Shown here one piece after another: positions 37,856 to 48,108 of a stretch of DNA of 64,000 nucleotides. The DNA lies in contig JAQXOT010000023.1 of assembly GCA_029099845.1 (NCBI GenBank), positions 150-64,149 on the forward strand, in the 5' to 3' direction. The notes under the pieces were generated by a model that was given only the letters and a program-made list of their open reading frames with translations, did not search any database and was not told the origin of the DNA. Each line of letters begins with the position of its first letter. Positions within the stretch are counted from its first letter, which is position 1. Source of the DNA: a bacterium. Lineage in GTDB: Bacteria > Bacillota_I > Bacilli_A > RF39 > UBA660. The position numbers and the translations under genes were made by a program.

Positions 37856-40267
37856 CTATTTAACAACTATATTAATTATTTTTCCCTTAATAACAATTAC
37901 TTTAACTATTTCTTTGCCATCAATGTAGCGAACAACATTTTCTTCTTGCATAGCCTTTTCTTTAATTGATTCTTCATCCTCATCAATAGAAATATTAATA
38001 GTTGCTCTAACTTTTCCATTTACTTGCACAGCAATCTCTTTTTCTTTTTCCACTGTTTTAGAATCATCATATTTTGGCCATTCAGCATAACACAATGGTT
38101 GATAACCTAAACTCTCATTTAACTCCTCTGTTATGTGTGGAGCAATAGGATTTAAAAGTATTAATAATAATCGATAATCATCTTTAGTTAATTCCTTAGA
38201 ATCTTCATACGAATTAGCTAAAATCATTAAAGCTGATACTGCGGTATTATAAGCCATACTAGTTAAATCATTTGTAACTTTCTTAATTGTCTTATTTTGA
38301 ACAACTTCAAGTTCTTTAGTATATCCTTCCTTATCCACAACTTTATCTTTAAGTCTAATAATTTTATCGATAAACCTTTTACATCCTCTTAAAGAATCAG
38401 TATTCCAAGGTGCATCTTGCTGATAATCACCCATAAACATTTCATATAAACGCAAAGTATCAGCACCATATTCACTAACAATATCATCTGGATTAATAAC
38501 ATTTCCCTTTGATTTACTCATCTTCTCATTATTAGAACCAAGAACCATACCATGACTTACTCTTGTCCAAATCATTTCTTTATGAGGAACTAAACCAATA
38601 TTGTATAAAAATTGTACCCAAAATCTAGCATATAGCAAATGCCTTGCCGTATGTTCCATACCACCATTATACCAATCTACCCTATTCCAATACTTCATAG
38701 CATCCATAGAAGCAAACTCTTTAGTATTATGTGGATCCATAACTCTTAAGAACTACCAAGAAGACCCTGCCCAGTTTGGCATAGTATCTGTTTCCCTTTT
38801 TGCAGGTCCACCGCAACAAGGACAAACAGTATTTACCCAATCAGTAATTTTAGCAAGTGGGCTCTCACCATTATCAGTAGGTTCATATTCAGCAACATCT
38901 GGAAGCAATAAAGGTAAATCTTCTTCCTTCATAGGTTGCCAACCACATTTTTCACAATAAATCATCGGAATTGGCTCTCCCCAAAATCTTTGACGAGAAA
39001 AAATCCAATCACGCATCTTATAATTATTAACCTTACGGCCAATACCCATTTTCTCCAATTTCTCAGTGATTGCACCCTTAGCTTCTTCAACAGTTAACCC
39101 AGTAAATTCTTCACTATTAATTAATTTACAACCTTTACCTAAATAATCCTGTTTTTCAAAAGCACAATCAGTAACATCTCTACCACTAATTACTTGAATC
39201 ATTTCAAGGTTATGTTCAATTGCATACTCAAAGTCCCTTTGATCATGACATGGTACAGCCATAACGGCTCCAGTACCATAATCACCTAAAACAAAATCTC
39301 CTAAGAAAATAGGAACTTCCTTTCCAGTAATTGGATGAATTGCTTTAATACCTTTAACCTCAACACCAGACTTCCCTTTATTAAGTTCTGTACGATCCAT
39401 ACTAGATTTTTTAGCAGTTTCTTCAATATAATTTAAAATTTCTTCCTTATTTTCTACTCTAGGCAGCAACTCTTTAATAAGCTTACCATCAGGAGCAATA
39501 ACAAAAAATGTAATACCATAAATTGTTTCAATACAAGTAGTAAAAATTGAGAATTTTCCACCACCAACAATATCAACATCAACTTCAACACCAGTTGATT
39601 TACCAATCCAATTAATTTGTCCCAATTTAACACGATCAGCAAAATTAGTATCATCCAAGCCTTTTAATAAATCTTCAGAATAATCACTCATTCTTAACAT
39701 CCACTGACTTTTTTCTTTTTGAACAACACTAGTTCCACAACGCTCGCAAACACCACCCGCCGCATCTTCATTAGATAAGACACTCTTACAAGTAGGACAC
39801 CAATTTACAGGAATTGTATCTTTATATGCCATTCCGTGTTTATAAAACTGTAAAAATTGCCATTGAGTCCATTTATAATATTCAGGATCCGTTGTTGAAA
39901 ACTCTCGTGACCAATCAAATGAAAAACCAAGTGACTTCATTTGTCCTTTAAAAGTCGCAATATTTTCCCTAACAGCATCCTTTGGATGAATGTGATTTTT
40001 AATAGCATATTGTTCAGCTGGGGCACCAAATGCATCCCATCCCATTGGGTAAAGTACATTATATCCCTGCATTCGTTTCATTCGTGCTAAAGCATCTTGC
40101 GCTGTATAGCTTCTAACATGTCCAACATGAAGCCCAGCACCGCTTGGATAAGGAAATTCAACCAATATATAATAAGGAGGTTTAGATGACCCATTTATAG
40201 CCTCAAAAACCTTATTATCTTCCCAATACTTTTGCCATTTCTTTTCTATCTCATTAAAATTATACAT
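37856..40267 (-). CDS. leuS: Leucine--tRNA ligase interrupted by one in-frame TAG (38753-38755)
   Basis: [27 protein letters not shown]. The two track ORFs share a frame: [17 protein letters not shown]. Confidence 0.93.
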
Positions 40268-40649
40268 TTCTAATCATTCCTTTCTTCTTATAAAATTTAG
40301 CTACCAATCCATAACTAATAAAAATAACCGGTATTACCAAAGCAATAGCCAAAATCAACTGCCAAAGATATCCATCAACTAACATAATAATCGATACTAT
40401 CAATGCCATATCAAAAGATGAAGTTAAAGAAACTATCTGTAACAATTGATTATAATTAACTTTTTCTAAATCTAAACCATATTTATTTACCAAAAACTTA
40501 ATTTCTGCTGGTTCAGATTTTTCTTTCCTATTTATCCCTTTCTTCTTATTTTTTGAAGCCTTATATTTTTTCATCGGCCATACAATAAAAATTTCATAAA
40601 TAGTTAAAATTAAAACAAAGCAGATAAAAAACAATACTATCTCTCTCAT
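40260..40649 (-). CDS. Hypothetical membrane protein (3 TM), first gene of the leuS T-box operon
   Basis: AGGAGG RBS directly after the T-box terminator; overlaps the leuS start. Confidence 0.78.
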   Translation of the reverse strand: MREIVLFFICFVLILTIYEIFIVWPMKKYKASKNKKKGINRKEKSEPAEIKFLVNKYGLDLEKVNYNQLLQIVSLTSSFDMALIVSIIMLVDGYLWQLILAIALVIPVIFISYGLVAKFYKKKGMIRNV

Positions 40650-40659
40650 ACAACCTCCT

Positions 40660-40862
40660 AAAAAAAAACGTCCTTATATCTAAATAAGGACGAAAATTTC
40701 GCGGTACCACCTTACTTCATAGTAAACTATGCAGCTTAAACAGATATAACGGGTCTCCCAAAAATGCTTAAAAATAAGTCAAGTTCACTTTTAAATATAC
40801 TTATTCACACCATCCATAAGCTCTCTTAAAAATTAATCAAAGTTACTACTACTTATCACATT
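40660..40862 (-). promoter_or_regulatory. Leucine T-box riboswitch leader
   Basis: AAGGTGGTACCGCG (40700-13), AGAGA and GGTGTGA motifs, specifier loop GAACTTGA, terminator CGTCCTTAT...ATAAGGACG-T tract. Ends approximate. Confidence 0.92.
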
Positions 40863-40916
40863 TAAAAATATAAACCTAGTATATTCTAAATTATCTTTTT
40901 TTTCAAGTATTTTTAA

Positions 40917-43337
40917 TTATACCTCACTAATATATTCCAAAAGTCTAAGGAACAAGTTAATATATTCCTTAGAAAGTCCAACTTTTTTCAACTTTCTAAT
41001 TTCAATACGCTTTTTATTAAGTGGTAATTCCCCAAACATAATTTTAGCAATATCTTCTTTTAAGTAAGTATCAATTTGTAAATCCATCAAAATACTATTA
41101 ACATCATCATTGATAAGTCTCATAGCATCAATTTCAATATCTTTACCCTTACAATTGATTGTCAATTGACCAACTGTCGGACAATCTTTTATCTCTACAA
41201 TAAAATCAGTTGCATCAACAGATGATTTAACCTCAATTTTTTCATTATTAAAATAGCCAGTAACATCTGTTGCCTGTTTAGTGTTTCTAAAAACTAATTT
41301 ATAGTTTCTCTTGTCTGGAACAATACCACTTTTTCCTTCAATAGACCTAATAATAACCGTATAATTATTTCGTAAATAATTATAATCAATTGAAGTTTTT
41401 AAAAAATAACCTTCCTTATACAATGCAGTAACACCATCATCTTCATACAAAGTATATGTATTACTTACGCCAGGAAAAATTTGAATTTCCAAATCAGTAG
41501 GTATTCCTGTATTATTATAATCACTCTTATTAGATAATGGGATAATCGAACCAGCATGTGCAAATACTGGATAATCTTCCTCTTTAAAAAATGAAACATA
41601 TTTTTTATTTCCAGGAAACTTCTTACCAGTAATAAAATCATACCAAACTCCATCAGGAATAAAAAATCTATGCAAAGTTCGATTCATAATTTTATCTTTT
41701 TTATCAAGAATCGGGCAAACTAATAACTGTGAACCAAAATAATACTGATTTTTATATAAGTCATCATCATATACCCACATATAATTATAATAAAATGGTT
41801 GAATTAAAGGTATTCCTGTTTTAGTGTAATTATAAGCTTCTGTATATAAGTATGGAATCAATCTATGTCTAAGTCTTAAATAATCAGCAGCAATATTTTC
41901 TGTTTGAGCATCCCATAACCAAGGCTCTTTTTTATAATATGGCCCCCTTGCTCCATGGAATCTAAGTATTGGTGAAAAAGTACTTAGCTGTAAATAACGA
42001 ACATAAAGTTCACCATCTTCAATACCACCATGATTACCACCAACGTCATGACTCCACCAACTAACACCAATATTAGAAGCATTTAAAATATCAAATGGTA
42101 TTTTTCTCAAAGCTTCCCAACTTATTTCGCTAGAGCCACCATATAAAACACCATAACGATGTGGAGCAATCAAACCATTACGCGCCAATAGCATACCTCT
42201 TTTTGCAACATCTCTTTTTGAATCCATATACAAATAATGATTAAGACTCCAAAGCTTATTAACATCATTTACACTACGATAGTCATTCCAAAAAAAGTCA
42301 ACACCTAAAGCTTCCAATGGATGCAAAAACATCTTTAATAAAATATCTAAAAGTTTAGGGTTTAATGGATCGAACTGAATTATAGTGGCATCCTTTTTAC
42401 CTAAATATAGGCAAGCCTGCTTAAAGAAAAACTCATGAGGATGGATTCCTTCTTCTGGATTAATACAAAGCCCAACTCTAATTCCTCTCGCGTGAAACTG
42501 TTCAATCATCGCTTTTGGATCTTTAAACAACTGACTATTAAAAGTAAAGCCAGACTTTAACCCAACTTGTTGCCCAACATTACGATAATGCCAATCATTA
42601 TCAAACAACATTATTGATAAAGGAATTCTTTTTCGTTCAAAATTACGAATCAAATCATAAACTGTCTTATCATCATAAGTAACATTTCTACTCCACCAAT
42701 TTCCAAGTGCATAACGTGGAATTAATGATGGGGAACCCGTAAGTTTAAAATAATCCATTAAGGCCTGTTTAAAATCTTTATCATACATAAAAACATAAAT
42801 ATCAATATGATCTGCCGGAGGATCTGCTAACGTACCATCTTCCATTATTAGTTTATTTTTGCTATCATCAATAGAGACAAAACCATCCAAAGAATAAAGA
42901 CCCTTAGCTTGTCCTGGACTAGTTACTAAATCAACGCTAATCATATTACCATTTAAATTTTTTGCCTCAGGATGTCCATAATACCAATCTTTTTGTCGAT
43001 CTTTATCACGGCTCTCCAAAGTGATTCTTAAATTCTTTCCAGCAGAAATACCACCGCTCATAAATGGTTGTTCTTTAGTATAATAAAGTGAAAAATACTT
43101 AGTAGTAATTTCAACAACATTCGTATCCTGCCTAATAGAAAAATCAGCCAATCCAAGATTACGTCTCAAAATTAACTGTGTTGGTCGATCTACAAACTGG
43201 CCACTAGGTGAATATTCAAGCCTAACAACTCTTTCAGTAAGTACAGAAATTCTAAATGTTTTACCCTGCACCACTGCTTTATTACTACAAATTACTTTAC
43301 TATAATCAATTTCAAATTGTTTCCCAAGTGGATACAT
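40917..43337 (-). CDS. Glycoside hydrolase family 31 protein (atypical catalytic motif)
   Basis: PRYALGNWWSR, DNDWH, FFWND, WWSHDVGG, FSPILRFH, LRHRLIPYLY, YEDDG. Confidence 0.9.
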   Translation of the reverse strand: MYPLGKQFEIDYSKVICSNKAVVQGKTFRISVLTERVVRLEYSPSGQFVDRPTQLILRRNLGLADFSIRQDTNVVEITTKYFSLYYTKEQPFMSGGISAGKNLRITLESRDKDRQKDWYYGHPEAKNLNGNMISVDLVTSPGQAKGLYSLDGFVSIDDSKNKLIMEDGTLADPPADHIDIYVFMYDKDFKQALMDYFKLTGSPSLIPRYALGNWWSRNVTYDDKTVYDLIRNFERKRIPLSIMLFDNDWHYRNVGQQVGLKSGFTFNSQLFKDPKAMIEQFHARGIRVGLCINPEEGIHPHEFFFKQACLYLGKKDATIIQFDPLNPKLLDILLKMFLHPLEALGVDFFWNDYRSVNDVNKLWSLNHYLYMDSKRDVAKRGMLLARNGLIAPHRYGVLYGGSSEISWEALRKIPFDILNASNIGVSWWSHDVGGNHGGIEDGELYVRYLQLSTFSPILRFHGARGPYYKKEPWLWDAQTENIAADYLRLRHRLIPYLYTEAYNYTKTGIPLIQPFYYNYMWVYDDDLYKNQYYFGSQLLVCPILDKKDKIMNRTLHRFFIPDGVWYDFITGKKFPGNKKYVSFFKEEDYPVFAHAGSIIPLSNKSDYNNTGIPTDLEIQIFPGVSNTYTLYEDDGVTALYKEGYFLKTSIDYNYLRNNYTVIIRSIEGKSGIVPDKRNYKLVFRNTKQATDVTGYFNNEKIEVKSSVDATDFIVEIKDCPTVGQLTINCKGKDIEIDAMRLINDDVNSILMDLQIDTYLKEDIAKIMFGELPLNKKRIEIRKLKKVGLSKEYINLFLRLLEYISEV

Positions 43338-43412
43338 ATCAACACCCTCTTATTATCCTAGTATCATATTATCATAAATAAATAAATATTCCAAGTAAAA
43401 CTATCTTGAGTT

Positions 43413-44537
43413 TTAAGCTAAAAATTCAGCATAATATTCTTCTAATGTAATATTATGTTCATATATATAGGTAGCTATTTCCTTTCCAACATATCGATAA
43501 TGCCAAGGCTCACTCCTAAAACCAGTAATTGACTGTCCACTTTTTGGAAAGCGAAGAATAAAACCATATTTATAAGCATTATCTAACATCCACTTATACT
43601 CTAAAGATTCAGCAAAAATATTACTTGTTGTACTTCCAATGTCAAATGCTAAACCAGTTTGATGTTCAGAAAAGCCAGGAGAAGCCACATACTTTTCAAC
43701 ATAGCTATCACCATATAATAAACGATAGGCCTCACATAACTCTACTTGATCATCATAGCTACGATAAGCTGAATTAATAACCAACCCAAGTCCCTCTTTT
43801 GATGCTGCATCATACATTTCTTTAAATGCTAAAACAGCAATTCTTGAAGCTTCTTTTCCAAGATCACTTGCATATGGGCTTTTTATCTCTACTAAATCCG
43901 TTGGTAGAAAATCTTGACTAACCCTATTATATTTATTAACTAACATATCAATAGAAAAATCTTCAATTACGTTATAATCTACATATTCTTCTCCATCCAT
44001 CCCCAAATTAACAAATAAAACTGTAGTTTCTTCATCTTCACCAGTTTGTCTAGAATATTCAACATATCGATCATAATACTTTAATTTAGCATAACTTATA
44101 CTATAAAATTCTTCTAAATACTTAACCTTATCTCTTTTAGCAAAATTACTAACATCATCATCATTACCATGGGCAAGAATTATTGAAATATCATTATTAC
44201 TATATCCTTTTTCAATCAAATCATTAATATTTTTAATAATATTTTCCTGTTTTTGATACTCTATTTTAGCATAAGAATCTAAATTTTTCTCATCATAAAA
44301 AGGACTTTCAAAAGCAACATTTAAAAGTTTACTAGAACCTACTTTTAAAACATATTCCTTTTTACCACCAAATAATATATTTCTACTAGATATCTTACTA
44401 TAACCAAGCTTTCTAAGATCATGAACTTGATAAGAATAAATACCAAGTAAAATAAGCCCCACCACAAAAATAGCCATCAAAGTTTTAAGAAAAATCAAAA
44501 CCGGCTTTTTTAATTTTAAACGACGCTTTTTCAACAA
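43413..44537 (-). CDS. Membrane-anchored M15B zinc carboxypeptidase (VanY/LdcB-like)
   Basis: SAYRSY, SEHQTGLAFD, EPWHYRYVG. Confidence 0.9.
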   Translation of the reverse strand: MLKKRRLKLKKPVLIFLKTLMAIFVVGLILLGIYSYQVHDLRKLGYSKISSRNILFGGKKEYVLKVGSSKLLNVAFESPFYDEKNLDSYAKIEYQKQENIIKNINDLIEKGYSNNDISIILAHGNDDDVSNFAKRDKVKYLEEFYSISYAKLKYYDRYVEYSRQTGEDEETTVLFVNLGMDGEEYVDYNVIEDFSIDMLVNKYNRVSQDFLPTDLVEIKSPYASDLGKEASRIAVLAFKEMYDAASKEGLGLVINSAYRSYDDQVELCEAYRLLYGDSYVEKYVASPGFSEHQTGLAFDIGSTTSNIFAESLEYKWMLDNAYKYGFILRFPKSGQSITGFRSEPWHYRYVGKEIATYIYEHNITLEEYYAEFLA

Positions 44538-44657
44538 TTCATCACCTACTATATATAGTATATCATAAAAAAAAGTTAATTTTATAAGTTTTAAATAAAT
44601 ATAGACATCTAACTAAAAAACATGTTAACATATTTACTGAAATTAATGGAGAGTCAA

Positions 44658-45602
44658 ATGGAAAATAAATTTAAATACAGCAATACAAATAAAAGATATC
44701 ATACTCTAGATTACTTCTATAAAGAAAAATTTCACCAGAAAGTTTTTAAGGTTAGTCTAGACGCCGGCCTAACATGTCCAAACATTGATGGTAAAGTTGG
44801 TTATGGAGGGTGCATATATTGTTCAAAAAGTGGTAGTGGAGAATTTGCTGGCAACAAAAATGAGCCCATTGAACTGCAATTTAAAAAAGTAAAAGAAATG
44901 ATGTTAAAAAAATGGCCACGAGCTAAATATATTGGATATTTTCAAGCACATACTAATACTTATGCCCCAGTGAAAACACTAAAGAAAATGCATGAAACAA
45001 TTCTTAATCAAGAAAATGTTGTAGGAATTAGTATTGCCACTAGGCCAGATGCCATAGATGATGAATGTTTAAAATATTTAAGCGAATTAAATAAAAAAAC
45101 TTACTTAACTATTGAACTTGGTCTACAAACAACCAATTCCAAAACCGCTAAGTTAATTAATCGTTGCCATAGTCTAGATTGCTTTGAAAAAATGGTTAAA
45201 AAACTACGTCAAAATGATATCGCTGTTGTTGTTCACATTATTAATGGACTTCCCTATGAAACAGAAGAAGATATGCTAAATACCGTAAAATACTTAAATG
45301 GCTTAGATATTCAAGGCATAAAAATTCATATGCTAAGTATTTTAAAAGATACAGCCATTGAAAAAATGTATGAACAAGAAAAGTTTCCTCTTTTAACTAA
45401 AGAGCAATATATCGATATCGTTATAAAGCAGTTAGAATTACTTCGCCCAGAAATAGTAATTAATCGAATAACTGGGGACCCAAAAATAGATGATTTAGTT
45501 GCACCATCTTGGCTAACAAAAAAGTTTTGTGTCTTAAATGATATAGATAAGGAAATGGTAAAGCGAGATACTTATCAAGGAATAAAAGTTAAAACAAATT
45601 AA
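44658..45602 (+). CDS. TIGR01212 / YtqA-YhcC family radical SAM protein
   Basis: TCPNIDG...GGCIYC, YFQAHTNTY, IATRPD, ELGLQT, GIKIHML. Confidence 0.92.
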   Translation: MENKFKYSNTNKRYHTLDYFYKEKFHQKVFKVSLDAGLTCPNIDGKVGYGGCIYCSKSGSGEFAGNKNEPIELQFKKVKEMMLKKWPRAKYIGYFQAHTNTYAPVKTLKKMHETILNQENVVGISIATRPDAIDDECLKYLSELNKKTYLTIELGLQTTNSKTAKLINRCHSLDCFEKMVKKLRQNDIAVVVHIINGLPYETEEDMLNTVKYLNGLDIQGIKIHMLSILKDTAIEKMYEQEKFPLLTKEQYIDIVIKQLELLRPEIVINRITGDPKIDDLVAPSWLTKKFCVLNDIDKEMVKRDTYQGIKVKTN

Positions 45603-45677
45603 AACAAAAGGAGCATCACTTTTAATAATGTTCCTTTTTATATGAAATTAACTTTTATAAATTAACCATCTAATTAT

Positions 45678-46433
45678 TTACTTTTTTATTTTATAAAATG
45701 CCCCCGCAAAATTACGGCCCAATTTCTTTTGATCATTTAATCCATATGGACTGGCAGCGCTATTAGAATAATAATTAGGATTAGTAATAGTATCATCCAT
45801 ATTAAAATCTACCCTAGCTATATTTCTTTCATTCAATTGCTCACTAATAACTTTTCTTAAGTTAATATGAAAAATTCCCTTATCATCTTCTTCTATAGCG
45901 TGTTCCCACATTTTCCTATCTTTTGCGAAACTTGGATATGAATCATATTTCCAACTAGTACCAGCACAAGCAGATACATACGCAATAATATCCGTATCAG
46001 AGCTTTCATATGCCTGAAGCAACGCGTCTGCAACCATCATAGGTAATTTCTTATCAACCAAAGAAGCTGAGCAATGAGCAATAGCACAAACATTCTTTTT
46101 TACATCTTGCATAATTACAACCGGGCAGTCAGCAACAGGATGCCCTATCACCACACCTGGCACCTTATCAGTAATAATTAAAATATCTTCATCAATATTT
46201 GTCCACCCATCGGGATTAGCCTCAACATAATCAGTAGTAATTTCAAAAAACGTACCTGTCCCATCCTTCTGATCCGCCATAAACATTTTTCTACCATCAA
46301 ACCCATACTCTGCACCACAAGCCATTCTATGCTCCATAAATACTTTTCTTTTTTCATCAGAAGATAATGTTTTAGGAAGCGTAGTCGTATTCATAGTTCC
46401 AAATCTATTACCAGTATCAACGATTTTTAACAT
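45678..46433 (-). CDS. Divergent YfiH/PgeF (laccase-domain, purine nucleoside phosphorylase-like) protein
   Basis: ADCPVV, IAH, C-terminal YYS...GR pattern. Confidence 0.72.
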   Translation of the reverse strand: MLKIVDTGNRFGTMNTTTLPKTLSSDEKRKVFMEHRMACGAEYGFDGRKMFMADQKDGTGTFFEITTDYVEANPDGWTNIDEDILIITDKVPGVVIGHPVADCPVVIMQDVKKNVCAIAHCSASLVDKKLPMMVADALLQAYESSDTDIIAYVSACAGTSWKYDSYPSFAKDRKMWEHAIEEDDKGIFHINLRKVISEQLNERNIARVDFNMDDTITNPNYYSNSAASPYGLNDQKKLGRNFAGAFYKIKK

Positions 46434-46460
46434 CTTATCCCCCCAAACAAATGTCAGTTA

Positions 46461-46520
46461 ATTATAGCACTAAATAGTAAAATTGTCAAAAAACGTTTAC
46501 ACTAACTTACACTATTACGC
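46461..46520 (-). promoter_or_regulatory. Consensus sigma-A promoter (TTGACA-17-TATAAT with extended TG) with upstream TGTAA repeats
   Basis: -10 at 46461-66, -35 at 46484-89; TGTAAG/TGTAAA repeats at 46496-46511. Confidence 0.65.
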
Positions 46521-46626
46521 CAATTATTTTCGCCTTTACAATAACTTTTCTACTTATTTACAGTAAAATTTAATTCTACAAAAAAAGACTATTAACAAAC
46601 TTAATTCATTAATAGTCATATAAAAT

Positions 46627-47559
46627 TTAAATTTTATTTGGTTTATCTAAATTAGCAACCGGTGGTTTTGGAGGCTTTGGTCTATCTATTGTTTCATTAA
46701 ATACTGTTCCCGCAGTTGCAAAATTTTGAAGCTCACTTGGAATAATAATTTTAGTTGCTTGGCCTTCAGCAACCTTAACCATTGCCTCATAACTTTTGAA
46801 TTTTAAAACAGCATCATCCATACCTGCTTCTTTTAAGAGTTTTAAACCAGTAGCAGTTGCTTCTTGAATTTTAACAATAGCCTCAGCCTCACCTTCTGCC
46901 TCACGTATATGAGCTTCACGTTTAGCATCAGCTCTTAAAATAGCGCTTTCTTTCTCACCTTCAGCAATTAAAATAGCCGCTTTCTTTTCACCTTCTGCCT
47001 TTAAGATCGCCTCGCGTCTTTCTCTTTCGGCACGCATTTGTTTTTCCATAGCATCTTGAATATCCCTAGGTGGTAAAATATTTTTTACCTCAACACGATT
47101 AACTTTAATTCCCCAAGGATCAGTTGCCTCATCCAAAATAGCTCTCATCTTAGTATTAATAACATCACGTGAAGTTAAAGTCTCATCAAGTTCCAATTCT
47201 CCAATAATATTACGCAAAGTCGTTGCCGTCAAGTTTTCAATCGCATTAACTGGATTTTCTACACCATAAGTATATAGTTTAGAATCTGTTATTTGCAAAT
47301 AAACAACTGTATCAATTTGCATAGTAACATTATCTTTTGTAATAACAGGTTGTGGAGCAAAATCTTTTACATTTTCTTTTAAACTAACAACATTTGCTAC
47401 TCTTTCAAATATAGGAATAACATAATGAAGTCCAGTTTGAATAGTTCGGTGATAAGCTCCTAATCTTTCAACCACTATAGCCTTTGATTGTGGAATAATT
47501 TTAATTCCTGATGCAGCAATCCCTACAAAAATAATTAATAGTACAACACCAAATCCCAT
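46627..47559 (-). CDS. SPFH/Band 7 (QmcA/stomatin-like) protein
   Basis: VVERLG, VITKDNV, TTLRNIIG, WGIKVNRVEVKNI, AMEKQMRAERERR. Confidence 0.95.
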   Translation of the reverse strand: MGFGVVLLIIFVGIAASGIKIIPQSKAIVVERLGAYHRTIQTGLHYVIPIFERVANVVSLKENVKDFAPQPVITKDNVTMQIDTVVYLQITDSKLYTYGVENPVNAIENLTATTLRNIIGELELDETLTSRDVINTKMRAILDEATDPWGIKVNRVEVKNILPPRDIQDAMEKQMRAERERREAILKAEGEKKAAILIAEGEKESAILRADAKREAHIREAEGEAEAIVKIQEATATGLKLLKEAGMDDAVLKFKSYEAMVKVAEGQATKIIIPSELQNFATAGTVFNETIDRPKPPKPPVANLDKPNKI

Positions 47560-47982
47560 TTATTTTTCCTCCTCCTTCTTTACGACAAGTTTTACGCCAT
47601 CTACTCGTTCAACAATAGCCTTCTCGCCAACTTCAAGTGTGCAATCAGCAATCGCTGTCCATATAGAACCCAAAACCTTTACCTCGCCATAATTACTTTC
47701 CGTAATTTGCTTAACAACTTCTGCTTTTTGCCCCAAAACTCGATCGTAATTTGTTGGAATAACATCACTCTTTTTCATCTTTTTCACTATTGGTTTAGTA
47801 GCAAGTAAAGCAATCATACTAATAACAGCAAAAACAACAACTTGTATAAGTAGTGAATCTGTAAATAGTGCTGTTATCATAGCAAGTAATGCTCCTATCG
47901 CAAACCATATAGAAACCAAATTTACGGTAGTTATTTCAACAAAAATCAAAAAAAGACAGAAAATAAACCAATAAATAGCCAT
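47560..47982 (-). CDS. NfeD family (short, YbbJ-like) protein
   Basis: TM segments plus OB-fold GEVKVLGSIWTA; classic partner of the SPFH gene. Confidence 0.9.
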   Translation of the reverse strand: MAIYWFIFCLFLIFVEITTVNLVSIWFAIGALLAMITALFTDSLLIQVVVFAVISMIALLATKPIVKKMKKSDVIPTNYDRVLGQKAEVVKQITESNYGEVKVLGSIWTAIADCTLEVGEKAIVERVDGVKLVVKKEEEK

Positions 47983-48108
47983 AAACTCACCTCTTAAAAT
48001 CATTATATGAAAATATTAAAAACTTTTCAACAAATAATGACATTTTTCTTGTTTCCCAAAAGAAAGTATACTATAATAAAAATTAAAGATAAGGAGTAAC
48101 ATATAAAT

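Noticed and set aside
38753-38755. Genome-wide TAG reassignment or pyrrolysine as the explanation for the leuS stop
   Set aside because: TAG ends ackA, ezrA, trmB, fhs, cdaR and der at expected lengths. No other conserved gene in the window has an internal TAG, and no pyl genes are visible.
44658-45602. ytqA-like radical SAM gene lacking its usual ytqB neighbour as a novel pathway
   Set aside because: The partner could be elsewhere in the genome, and stand-alone members of this family are common.
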